DNA from: a virus | Lineage: Duplodnaviria; Heunggongvirae; Uroviricota; Caudoviricetes | IMG/VR virus record: IMGVR_UViG_2541047543_000003 | Strand: one strand, 5' to 3' | Length of the DNA stretch: 21,571 nt | In this document: piece by piece, positions 8,007-16,199 of the stretch | Layout: every line of letters starts with the position of its first letter | Position numbering within the stretch: position 1 is the stretch's first letter | Made by a program: the position numbers and the translations under genes | Notes under the pieces: generated by a model | Seen by the model: the letters and a program-made list of their open reading frames with translations, nothing else | Databases searched by the model: none | Told to the model about the DNA's origin: nothing

Positions 8007-8885
8007 ATGAGCAATAAATACTTTCAATTAGGCGCTAGCCTATATACGCCAGCGACAAACAAAAACCTTCTAAAAGAACTTGATGGTTTAAAAAGCGAAT
8101 CAAAATCAATGATTGTTGATACTGAAGATGCAGTTTCAGAAGAACGATTAGAGGAAGCACTTGAGAACTTAGAAGCAGCACTGAAAAAGACTGTTGATAA
8201 GTCAAAAATCAAAAAATTGCGATTCATCCGACCTCGCAACTCAACAGTTCTAAAACGCATCCTTAAAATGGAAGGCGTTGAAAAAATTGATGGGTTTGTA
8301 CTTCCAAAATGCACAATTGATAGTTCAATTATCTACCGTGAAATCTTGGAAAACTGCGGCATGTCATTTGGTGTGATGCCTACTATTGAAAGTATTGAAA
8401 TGACGAAAACCTCAAAGATTGAACAACTAAAATCAATCTTTAAATCTTTCGAAAAAACAGAGATTATCTGCATTCGCATTGGTGGTAATGACTTGTTTAA
8501 TGAGTTAGGCTTAAAGCGTCACCCTAAAGTGACAATTTACGAGACTCCACTTCGAATTATCATTGAAAAGATTGTGCTCGGATTCAAAACCTCAGGATTT
8601 GAAATTGCATCTCCTGTGTTTGATATCATTGATGATAGAATCACTCTTCAGAGAGAGCTAGAGTACGATATGAGTTACGGCTTCTTTGCTAAAACTGCAA
8701 TTCACCCTTCTCAAGCCTCTATCATTGAGCAACACATTGGTGAATATGCAAAACAAAATGTGAGCAAAGCAAAGGGCGTTATCACTGAATCAAACGCTGT
8801 TTATATTCATGACGGTCAAATGATGGAAAAGACTTGTCATATCAATTGGTCACAAAGGATTGTTTCGCTTTCAAACAATTATTAA
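8007..8885 (+). CDS. Ter-associated HpcH/HpaI aldolase / citrate lyase family protein
   Basis: LGASLYTPAT, DTEDAV, FIRPRN, GFVLPK, RIGGNDL, KTAIHPSQ. Confidence 0.9.
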   Translation: MSNKYFQLGASLYTPATNKNLLKELDGLKSESKSMIVDTEDAVSEERLEEALENLEAALKKTVDKSKIKKLRFIRPRNSTVLKRILKMEGVEKIDGFVLPKCTIDSSIIYREILENCGMSFGVMPTIESIEMTKTSKIEQLKSIFKSFEKTEIICIRIGGNDLFNELGLKRHPKVTIYETPLRIIIEKIVLGFKTSGFEIASPVFDIIDDRITLQRELEYDMSYGFFAKTAIHPSQASIIEQHIGEYAKQNVSKAKGVITESNAVYIHDGQMMEKTCHINWSQRIVSLSNNY

Positions 8886-8897
8886 AAGAGTTAAAAA

Positions 8898-9473
8898 ATG
8901 GATAAGCTTAAAAATAAAATAAATGAATCACAAAAAAGCTTTTCGATCTTACTAAGCTGGTCTGGCAAAAATGGTAAAGAGATCGATCTAGACTTATCTC
9001 TAGGTTTTGTTAACGGTCTAAATGAACGTGCAATGCAGAAAGTCTATTTTGGTCATGAGGGAAGTATTGGTGTAAATTATCATGGCGATTCAAAAGGGGA
9101 TGTACAGAATGATTGTGGTCTGAGTACCGAGCGTATTTCTTTCTCACCATCGAAACTTCCTATTAATGTTAAATCTTCATTTGTAGTAATTACAAATAAT
9201 GATATAAAAGAATTGTTTAGCGAACTTGAAAAGTGTGATCTATGCATCAAAGATGATGACTCTGATGATGTATTATTCGCTCTCAATCTATTAGAAGTTG
9301 ACGGATTTACTGAAAGCTCTGCATTCTCACCTTTAAAAATAAATTTTGGTGAAAATGATTGGACAGTTAAAGAATCTAAGATTTCTCTAGAAAACACTTA
9401 TCTTGATGATGTTCACAACCAATACTTTAATGTATTGAAATGTCTAAACCAAGATAACAGCAACACCAATTAA
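8898..9473 (+). CDS. Divergent TerD-family protein
   Basis: LSW...IDLDLSL, VYFG, YHGDSKGD...TERI; paralogous to the next gene. Confidence 0.75.
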   Translation: MDKLKNKINESQKSFSILLSWSGKNGKEIDLDLSLGFVNGLNERAMQKVYFGHEGSIGVNYHGDSKGDVQNDCGLSTERISFSPSKLPINVKSSFVVITNNDIKELFSELEKCDLCIKDDDSDDVLFALNLLEVDGFTESSAFSPLKINFGENDWTVKESKISLENTYLDDVHNQYFNVLKCLNQDNSNTN

Positions 9474-9506
9474 TTAATAAATTAAATACTAAATTAGGAA
9501 AAATGT

Positions 9507-10151
9507 ATGTCTCAAGTAATTAATCTACAAAAGAAACAAGTAATCAATCTATCTAAACACAAGCCTGGTCTATCTCGTGTATGTGTGGGTGTAAACTGGG
9601 GTCAAGTTTTGCGCGAGCAAAACGTAGGTGGATTCTTGGGTTTTGGTAGCCGCACTGAAATGAAGCCTACCCCTGTAGACCTAGATATTTCTGCTGGTCT
9701 TCTTGATGCTTCTGGTAGTCCTGTTCACAGCCCTGTTTGTTACTACAACCATGACGAACCAGGTCTTCACCATAGCGGCGATGATCTAGAAGGTGACGTT
9801 GTAAATGACGGTATTGACAATGAAGTTATCGAAATCGATTTCTCTCGTGTAAGCGCTAATGTAAGCCATATTCCTGTAGTTCTAAATGACTTCCGCCGTG
9901 AACTTAAGAACTTCGGTGAGCTTCCACACCTAGAGATTCGCATTTACGAAGGAACTCCTACTCGCGTAGATAATGTTATCGCTACATTCAACATCAAGAA
10001 CAATGAAGATCTTAACAACGCGCAAGCAGTAGTTCTAGGTAACTTCTCTCGCGTTAATGGCGAGTTCCAATTCGAAGCCATTGGCAAATCAGAGCCAAAC
10101 ACTCGACTTGAAGATCTGATCCAGCGCGGTTTCAAAATCGCATCAAAGTAA
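9507..10151 (+). CDS. TerD/TerZ-family protein
   Basis: INLQKKQVINLSK, VGVNWG, GGFLGFG, VDLDISA, HSGDDLEGD...DNEVI, RVNGEFQFEAIG. Confidence 0.88.
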   Translation: MSQVINLQKKQVINLSKHKPGLSRVCVGVNWGQVLREQNVGGFLGFGSRTEMKPTPVDLDISAGLLDASGSPVHSPVCYYNHDEPGLHHSGDDLEGDVVNDGIDNEVIEIDFSRVSANVSHIPVVLNDFRRELKNFGELPHLEIRIYEGTPTRVDNVIATFNIKNNEDLNNAQAVVLGNFSRVNGEFQFEAIGKSEPNTRLEDLIQRGFKIASK

Positions 10152-10168
10152 TTGATTGCTAGTTAAAT

Positions 10169-10196
10169 AAGGTGTCATTCGTGGCACCTTTTTTTT
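10169..10196 (+). terminator. Intrinsic terminator closing the Ter cluster
   Basis: AAGGTGTCA-TTCG-TGGCACCTT plus T tract (UUCG loop). Confidence 0.9.
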
Positions 10197-10207
10197 GAGA
10201 AAATTAT

Positions 10208-10612
10208 ATGAAAATAATAAGCCCTATCATCACAAGCAATACTCGAAAAATTGAGTTCCTAATATTAAAAGAACTGAAACTTAGAACAGATTCAGGTTGG
10301 GAAAAAGCATTTTTGGTTTGTGATACTGATTGCAAAAGAATTGAATGTTACTTAGCCGACGACTTCAATAACGAGTTTTCTTTCAACAAAGATAGAACCA
10401 TCGTAGTACAAGAGCATTGTTTAAGCATTAAGCATGAAGACTGCCAAAAGTGGATTCATACAAAATCCAATGGTTTGTATTCTCTCATAACCGAACTATG
10501 GATATTCAACGAAGGTTGTTTTATTTCAGGAGTTCTATACAGATCTGTTAATGATGATGAATCATATGTGCGTGATTCAGGTGATTTTACATCTTCATTC
10601 ACTAAAAAATAA
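10208..10612 (+). CDS. Hypothetical protein
   Basis: 134-aa ORF with GAGA RBS-like sequence, bounded by terminators; no motif recognised. Confidence 0.6.
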   Translation: MKIISPIITSNTRKIEFLILKELKLRTDSGWEKAFLVCDTDCKRIECYLADDFNNEFSFNKDRTIVVQEHCLSIKHEDCQKWIHTKSNGLYSLITELWIFNEGCFISGVLYRSVNDDESYVRDSGDFTSSFTKK

Positions 10613-10638
10613 AAAAAGCCCAATTCTAAATTGGGCTT
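10611..10638. terminator. Terminator between convergent hypotheticals (U tract on the minus strand)
   Basis: AAAAAAAGCCCAATT-CTA-AATTGGGCTT. Confidence 0.8.
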
Positions 10639-10960
10639 ACTTTTGTATCGGGATATGAAAAGTCGTTACACCACTTTCTTTATCAACATCAAACTTTAAG
10701 ATGCCTCTCTTATTGGTAGCATAAGAAGACAAATCAAAGTTTGGATTTACTTTAAATTGGTCTTCTTCGTTTTTAAGAAGGTATCCAACCTCTACCATGT
10801 ATTCGAGAAAAAGCCATAACATCGTACCAATATCGTTATTACCCCAATAAACCCACTTCACATCTTTTGAGAAGCTGTCATCTTCTTTTATTATTCCCAA
10901 TGCCCGTCCAATAAAATGCTGAGCACCGTCAATATCCGTCCAATTTTCTAAATTAAACAT
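10637..10960 (-). CDS. Conserved-looking hypothetical protein (WTDxDGA...KWVYW motif)
   Basis: The ORF track starts at 10987, but the ATG at 10960 has a GAGG RBS 6 nt upstream and the upstream ATG lies inside a hairpin. Confidence 0.65.
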   Translation of the reverse strand: MFNLENWTDIDGAQHFIGRALGIIKEDDSFSKDVKWVYWGNNDIGTMLWLFLEYMVEVGYLLKNEEDQFKVNPNFDLSSYATNKRGILKFDVDKESGVTTFHIPIQK

Positions 10961-10975
10961 AAAATGCCTCGTTAA

Positions 10976-11011
10976 AGCGACCTTCATTGTATCAAATCAA
11001 TGAAGGTTGCT
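10976..11011 (-). terminator. Long hairpin/weak terminator after ATPase gene
   Basis: AGCGACCTTCATTG...CAATGAAGGTTGCT 14-bp stem with one imperfect pair. Confidence 0.6.
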
Positions 11012-11013
11012 TG

Positions 11014-12267
11014 TTAAACTTCGTTTGCTTTCTTTACCTTTGCAATCATATCATGATCAAAATGATGTTCTGATATGATTTTCAAGGCAGTCTCGTAAGA
11101 TGGTTCACATAGACACCATTGTTCCTTACTGTTTTTTCTAATTAAGCCTTGCTCATCAAGATTTTTTAAAGCGCCATAGATTGGAGTAGCTGTAAGCCCA
11201 GTTAACACACAGAAATCAGCAGACCTCACACTTTTTGGTCTGGTATGCGCAATAGCCTGTAGAGTGGCTACTTCTGCCCTCTTATTAGCATTTAGCTTTT
11301 CTTTGAGAATTGACTCAACTTCATCAATAACCACACACTTAACATATTGCAGCCAAGATTCTTCTACCAAAGAGCGTGTAATGTGTTTCGTATTTTCAGC
11401 ATAGAATGTTGCATTCTCAAAAACCTGCAAACACAAATGAGAAAAATCCCTCGGATGACCCGATGTAAGTTGCGCTATAAATGGTAAGGCATCCTCATCA
11501 TATGTGTATCCACAGTCTTTAGCGGCTACCTTAAGGTGTTCTAAGCACTCATCTTCAGGAAGTTCGAATACGCTAATGCGCCTACACATTCCGTAAAGCC
11601 CTCTATTCCTGCTCATGAATACATCACTCATCATTCTACGCTTAGAGCCTGCAAAAATCATTGAAACACGCTCTGAACGCTGTAATCCTCCACGAATATC
11701 CCACTCTACCTTCTCACCATCGCTTAGATTGATTTCAGATAGCGTTTGGAACTCATCAATAATCAAAGCTACCCTGGCATTACACTTTGCAGCTAATTGA
11801 TCAAGTGATAGCAGAGCTTCTTCTAGTGGACTATCCATCACTACTGGAGCCTTCAACTTCAATGTTACTTTTGCCAGATCTCTTCCACCTAAAGCAAATT
11901 CAGGGTCAAATCTTGAAAACAGATTCTTGATATAGTTCTTACCCTCTTCCTTTCCATCTGTAAGCTCACTAGCGGCTTCAGCAATTGAATGAAGCACTTT
12001 CCTTTTAACAGCATCAATTGTTGGACAGGATGAAATATCACAATCGCTCCATACGAACTTATCGATGCCGAACTTAGAAGGGTTAGAAGCAATGTCAGTA
12101 CAGACATGTATTGCCATTGAGGTCTTTCCTACTCTTCTTTCGCCAGACAGCCAAACCGATGATGAAGATGAAAGCTCTGTCATTAATGATCTACGCTCTT
12201 CAAACCTATCAAAGAAGGCTCTGTTTTTAGCGATTTTTCGAGAAAAGAAATCTGTATATCTAAGCAT
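11014..12267 (-). CDS. P-loop ATPase of the archaeal-ATPase/STAND type with C-terminal winged helix
   Basis: Walker A GERRVGKTS, Walker B LIIDEFQ, IFAGS sensor, GHP (GxP) motif, C-terminal wHTH (TPIYGALKNLDEQGLI). Start revised to ATG 12267 because of the RBS GAGGTAATC-ATG (ORF track start 12321). Confidence 0.8.
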   Translation of the reverse strand: MLRYTDFFSRKIAKNRAFFDRFEERRSLMTELSSSSSVWLSGERRVGKTSMAIHVCTDIASNPSKFGIDKFVWSDCDISSCPTIDAVKRKVLHSIAEAASELTDGKEEGKNYIKNLFSRFDPEFALGGRDLAKVTLKLKAPVVMDSPLEEALLSLDQLAAKCNARVALIIDEFQTLSEINLSDGEKVEWDIRGGLQRSERVSMIFAGSKRRMMSDVFMSRNRGLYGMCRRISVFELPEDECLEHLKVAAKDCGYTYDEDALPFIAQLTSGHPRDFSHLCLQVFENATFYAENTKHITRSLVEESWLQYVKCVVIDEVESILKEKLNANKRAEVATLQAIAHTRPKSVRSADFCVLTGLTATPIYGALKNLDEQGLIRKNSKEQWCLCEPSYETALKIISEHHFDHDMIAKVKKANEV

Positions 12268-12328
12268 GATTACCTCGATGTAATGTGAACCTATCCAAAA
12301 TAGCACAAAACAAGTATACACGCTCTAA

Positions 12329-12365
12329 AAGTTAGACACTAGAAGTTAGACACTAGGATTTAGTG
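12329..12365. repeat. 14-bp tandem repeat AAGTTAGACACTAG x2 plus an inverted CACTA/TAGTG half-site, over the ATPase promoter
   Basis: Copies at 12329-12342 and 12343-12356; CACTA 12351-12355 mirrored by TAGTG 12361-12365; minus-strand TATACT -10 at 12318-12313. Confidence 0.85.
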
Positions 12366-12405
12366 CATAGATATTTCAGTGGCATCTATTCATACAATAC
12401 AAAAT

Positions 12406-12431
12406 AAAAAAGGCTGGAAAACCAGCCTTTT
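12406..12431 (-). terminator. nrdAB terminator
   Basis: AAAAAAGGCTGG-AAAA-CCAGCCTTTT. Confidence 0.9.
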
Positions 12432-12438
12432 CAGTGTA

Positions 12439-13572
12439 TTAAAGCTCAAAACCTTGCAAGTCCTCACTTGATACATCGTTGTCAATTTGACCAACAAGGT
12501 ACGAGGAAATTTCCGCTTCCTGAGGCGCAACTTGTACGTTATCAGAGCTAATCCATGCGTTGATCCAAGGAATAGGGTTCGCTGTTGCATTTGGATAAGG
12601 TGCATCAAGACCTACAGCCTTCATTCGCAGGTTAGTAATGTACTCGACATACTGACATAGAATTTCCTTGTTGAGTCCAATCATTGAGCCATCTTTGAAT
12701 AGGTAATCAGCCCACTCTTTTTCTTGTTCAGCAGCGTCTTTAAACAGGTTAAAGCAAACATCCTTACATTCTTCTGCGATCTCAAGCATTTCCAAATCAT
12801 CTGTGCCGTTACGCAGAAGATTAATCATATGCTGAGTACCAGTAAGGTGCAGAGATTCATCACGAGCAATTAGCTTGATGATTTTTGCATTACCTTCCAT
12901 TAATTCACGTTCAGCGAATGCAAATGAGCAAGCAAAGCTTACATAAAAACGAATAGCCTCTAGTGCATTTACTGACATCAAACAAATATACAGCTTCTTC
13001 TTTAACTCTCTTAATGAAATTTCAACTTTTTCACCATTAATAGTGTGTTCTCCATTACCGAACATATGATACATATTCGTGTATTGGATTAAGTCATCAT
13101 AATAATGAGCGATATCTTTTGCACGTTTCAAAATATGTTCATTTTCTACCACATCATCAAAAACAACTGATGGGTTGTTAACAATATTACGAATGATGTG
13201 CGTGTAACTTCTTGAATGTATTGTTTCACTAAAAGACCACGTTTCTAACCATGTTTCTAATTCAGGAATTGAAACGATAGGTAACAAAGCAACGTTAGGA
13301 CTTCTACCTTGAATTGAATCTAATAATGTCTGGTACTTCAAGTTTGAAATAAAGATATGCTTCTCATGCTCTGGAAGCTTATTAAAATCTATTCGATCCT
13401 GAGAAACATCAACCTCTTCAGGTCTCCAAAAAAAACTTAATTGTTTTTCAATTAATTTCTCGAAGATTTCATACTTTTGCTGGTCGTATCTAGCAACGTT
13501 TACATTATTACCAAAGAACATTGGCTCTAATAACTGGTCATTCTTATTAGTATTAAAAGTAGTATATGCCAT
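12439..13572 (-). CDS. nrdB: Class Ia ribonucleotide reductase beta subunit
   Basis: [28 protein letters not shown] (tyrosyl radical), [17 protein letters not shown]-terminal SSYLVGQID; gammaproteobacterial/Vibrio-like. Confidence 0.98.
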   Translation of the reverse strand: MAYTTFNTNKNDQLLEPMFFGNNVNVARYDQQKYEIFEKLIEKQLSFFWRPEEVDVSQDRIDFNKLPEHEKHIFISNLKYQTLLDSIQGRSPNVALLPIVSIPELETWLETWSFSETIHSRSYTHIIRNIVNNPSVVFDDVVENEHILKRAKDIAHYYDDLIQYTNMYHMFGNGEHTINGEKVEISLRELKKKLYICLMSVNALEAIRFYVSFACSFAFAERELMEGNAKIIKLIARDESLHLTGTQHMINLLRNGTDDLEMLEIAEECKDVCFNLFKDAAEQEKEWADYLFKDGSMIGLNKEILCQYVEYITNLRMKAVGLDAPYPNATANPIPWINAWISSDNVQVAPQEAEISSYLVGQIDNDVSSEDLQGFEL

Positions 13573-13603
13573 TTTTATTCACGCGATTATTAAAGTTGAT
13601 TAT

Positions 13604-13623
13604 GGCTCACCAGTCGGTGAGCC
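13604..13623 (-). other. nrdA-nrdB intercistronic hairpin
   Basis: GGCTCACC-AGTC-GGTGAGCC, with no U tract in the nrd direction. Confidence 0.65.
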
Positions 13624-13661
13624 TTTATTTATTTAGTTAAAGATCTAAGTTAATTTGATTT

Positions 13662-15935
13662 CTAGATCTTGCAACCGCCACCTGCACAAGAATCATCCTC
13701 TTGAACAATATCATCTTGGTTATCTTTAGCACCATCACGAGTGTTGTGGTAATAAAGTGTTTTAACGCCAAGCTTATATGCCATTAGCAGATCTTGAAGT
13801 AGTTTTTTCATTGGCACTTTAGAAGATTCGTATCTAGATGGGTCATAGTTTGTATTAGCACTAATTGCCTGATCTACGAATTTCTGCATGATTCCAACTA
13901 AAGTTAGATAACCTGCATTGTCACCAATATTCCATAGCAACTCATAGTTCTCTTTGTATTCTTTAATACCAGGAACAACTTGCTTCAAAATACCGTCTTT
14001 AGATGCTTTAACAGATACGTATCCTCTTGGAGGCTCAATACCATTTGTTGCATTAGAGATTTGAGAGCTTGTCTCTGAAGGCATAAGAGCTGTCAAAGTT
14101 GAGTTTCTTAAACCATGAGCCTTAATCTCTTTACGAAGCTCTTCCCAATCAAGTTGTAACTGAGTTTTGCATACAGCATCCAAATCAGACTTGTAAGTGT
14201 CAATTGGTAAAATGCCTTGACTGTAACGTGTCTCATTGAATCCAGAACAAGCACCAAACTCTTTAGCTAAGTTCATTGAAGCTTTTAGCAAGTAGTATTG
14301 AATTGCTTCGAATGTCTTGTGAGTCAGATCATTTGCGCTACCATCTGAGTACTTAACACCATTCTTAGCTAAGTAGTATGCGTAGTTGATAACACCAACA
14401 CCAAGAGAACGTCTCTTCATTGTTGAAATTCGTGCCGCTGGCAATGGGTAATCTTGATAATCCAATAGAGCATCCAAAGCTCGAACCACAAGATCAGAAA
14501 GCTCATCAAGCTCACTAAGGTCAGAAATTGCACCAAGGTTGAAAGCTGATAAAGTACAAAGAGCAATCTCACCGTCTTCACTTTCAACATTGTTTAAAGG
14601 CTTAGTTGGCAGTGCAATTTCAAGACAAAGGTTTGATTGACGAATAGGAGCTACAGACGGATCAAACGGACTGTGAGTATTGCAATGGTCAACGTTCTGG
14701 ATGTAGATTCGACCTGTTGATGCTCGTTCTTGCATTAAGAGTGTAAACATCTCAAGAGCTTTAACAGTCTCTTTTTTGATCTTCGGATCGTTTTCATACT
14801 GAACATAAAGTCTCTCAAACTCATCTTGGTCTGCGAAAAACGCTTCGTACAATCCTGGTACATCAGATGGAGAAAATAGAGATATGTTTCCACCATTAAC
14901 CAAACGCTGATACATCAATCTGTTTAGCTGAACACCGTAATCCATATGACGAACACGGTTTTCTTCAACACCACGGTTATTTTTTAATACCAATAGTGAA
15001 CGCGCTTCACCATGCCATAAAGGATAAAATACTGTTGCAGCACCACCACGTACACCGCCCTGCGAACAGCATTTAACAGCCGTTTGGAAGTATTTTAAGA
15101 AAGGAATAACACCAGTATGGAATGCTTCTCCACCGCGAATCTCAGAGCCAAGAGCGCGGATTCTTCCAGCATTAATTCCGATACCTGCACGTTGAGAAAC
15201 GTAACGAACGATTGAGCTAGCAGTTGCGTTGATTGAATCTAGACTATCATCTGATTCAATTAGTACACATGAGCTAAATTGACGTGTAGGTGTACGAACA
15301 CCAGACATAATAGGAGTCGGTAGCGAGATTTTGAATTTTGATGATGCATCATAAAAACGCTTAACATAGCGCATACGTTTTTTAGGCTTGTATTTTGAGA
15401 ACAAGCAAGCAGCAACAAGCATGTACAGGAACTGAGGGCTTTCGTAAATTTCACCAGAAACACGGTTCTGAACCAAGTATTTATTCTCTAGTTGTTTTAC
15501 AGCAGCATATGCAAAATCCATATCGCGATTATGATCGATATAATCATTCAACTCGTTCAATTCTTCACGAGTGTAATCCTCAAGAATATGCTTGTCATAC
15601 TTACCCATTCCAACAAGCTTAACCACATGATCATAAAGATGTGGTGGAGTAAACTCACCAAATGCTTTTTTGCGGATATGGAAAATAGCCATACGCGCTG
15701 CAAGAATTGCATAATTTGGGTTCGTCTCTGAAATCAGATCCGCTGCTGACTTGATCAAGGTTTCATGAATATCTGATGTTTTCATACCATCAGAAAACTG
15801 AATTTTTGCTCTCATTTCTACTTGGCTGACTGAAACGCCTTCTAGATCTTCAGCAGCCCAAGTTACCATTCGGTGGATCTTGTCTATGTTGCCTTGTTCT
15901 AGATTGCCGTTTCTTTTAGTTACTTTAATGTCCAT
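13662..15935 (-). CDS. nrdA: Class Ia ribonucleotide reductase alpha subunit
   Basis: ATP cone (KVTKRNG), QFSSCVL, SNLCLEI, LCTLSA, MPSETSSQ, LYYHNT, C-terminal CAGGGCKI. ATG 15935 preferred over GTG 15944. Confidence 0.98.
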   Translation of the reverse strand: MDIKVTKRNGNLEQGNIDKIHRMVTWAAEDLEGVSVSQVEMRAKIQFSDGMKTSDIHETLIKSAADLISETNPNYAILAARMAIFHIRKKAFGEFTPPHLYDHVVKLVGMGKYDKHILEDYTREELNELNDYIDHNRDMDFAYAAVKQLENKYLVQNRVSGEIYESPQFLYMLVAACLFSKYKPKKRMRYVKRFYDASSKFKISLPTPIMSGVRTPTRQFSSCVLIESDDSLDSINATASSIVRYVSQRAGIGINAGRIRALGSEIRGGEAFHTGVIPFLKYFQTAVKCCSQGGVRGGAATVFYPLWHGEARSLLVLKNNRGVEENRVRHMDYGVQLNRLMYQRLVNGGNISLFSPSDVPGLYEAFFADQDEFERLYVQYENDPKIKKETVKALEMFTLLMQERASTGRIYIQNVDHCNTHSPFDPSVAPIRQSNLCLEIALPTKPLNNVESEDGEIALCTLSAFNLGAISDLSELDELSDLVVRALDALLDYQDYPLPAARISTMKRRSLGVGVINYAYYLAKNGVKYSDGSANDLTHKTFEAIQYYLLKASMNLAKEFGACSGFNETRYSQGILPIDTYKSDLDAVCKTQLQLDWEELRKEIKAHGLRNSTLTALMPSETSSQISNATNGIEPPRGYVSVKASKDGILKQVVPGIKEYKENYELLWNIGDNAGYLTLVGIMQKFVDQAISANTNYDPSRYESSKVPMKKLLQDLLMAYKLGVKTLYYHNTRDGAKDNQDDIVQEDDSCAGGGCKI

Positions 15936-15940
15936 GATTA

Positions 15941-16030
15941 TCACTATATATGGTTTATTTTTATTAATTGGTATACTACATGTTGATATTATATCACCTG
16001 AAATTGAGATAGATCAACAATGTGTTGTTT
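15941..16030 (-). promoter_or_regulatory. nrdAB promoter with tandem NrdR boxes
   Basis: TCACTATATATGGTTT (15941-15956), ATACTACATGTTGATA (15973-15988) and a weaker CAACAATGTGTTGTTT (16015-16030) against consensus acaCwAtATaTwGtgt. Promoter TTGATC (16017-16012), 18-bp spacer, TATAAT (15993-15988). Confidence 0.75.
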
Positions 16031-16074
16031 AATATTTTTTATCTAATATTTTAAATGTGCTATCTTGAGCAAAT

Positions 16075-16118
16075 AAAAAGCACACAAAAACAAACATAAA
16101 GAGTATGTTTTTGTGTGC
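16075..16118 (-). terminator. Intrinsic terminator of the membrane-protein gene
   Basis: GCACACAAAAACA...TGTTTTTGTGTGC 13-bp stem followed by TTTTT on the minus strand. Confidence 0.8.
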
Positions 16119-16168
16119 GCTCTAACTGTTCAATAAATCCAAAACATTCTAGATAACGGTCTAAATTA

Positions 16169-16187
16169 GGGCTAGCTTGGCTAGCCC
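16169..16187 (-). other. 3'-UTR hairpin
   Basis: GGGCTAGC-CAA-GCTAGCCC (minus), 12 nt after the stop codon. Confidence 0.65.
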
Positions 16188-16199
16188 AATAGCAATTGT

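Noticed and set aside
3110-10135. Alternative-frame and antisense ORFs within the Ter cluster (3110, 4164, 4934, 5783, 6085, 8024, 9080, 9944)
   Set aside because: Fully nested in well-supported genes; explained by codon bias of the real strand
12329-12356. Tandem repeats as replication iterons or a CRISPR array
   Set aside because: Two adjacent 14-bp copies with no spacers, no cas genes and no recognisable rep gene
12439-15935. Intron, intein or homing endonuclease in nrdA/nrdB
   Set aside because: Both ORFs are continuous and of standard class Ia length
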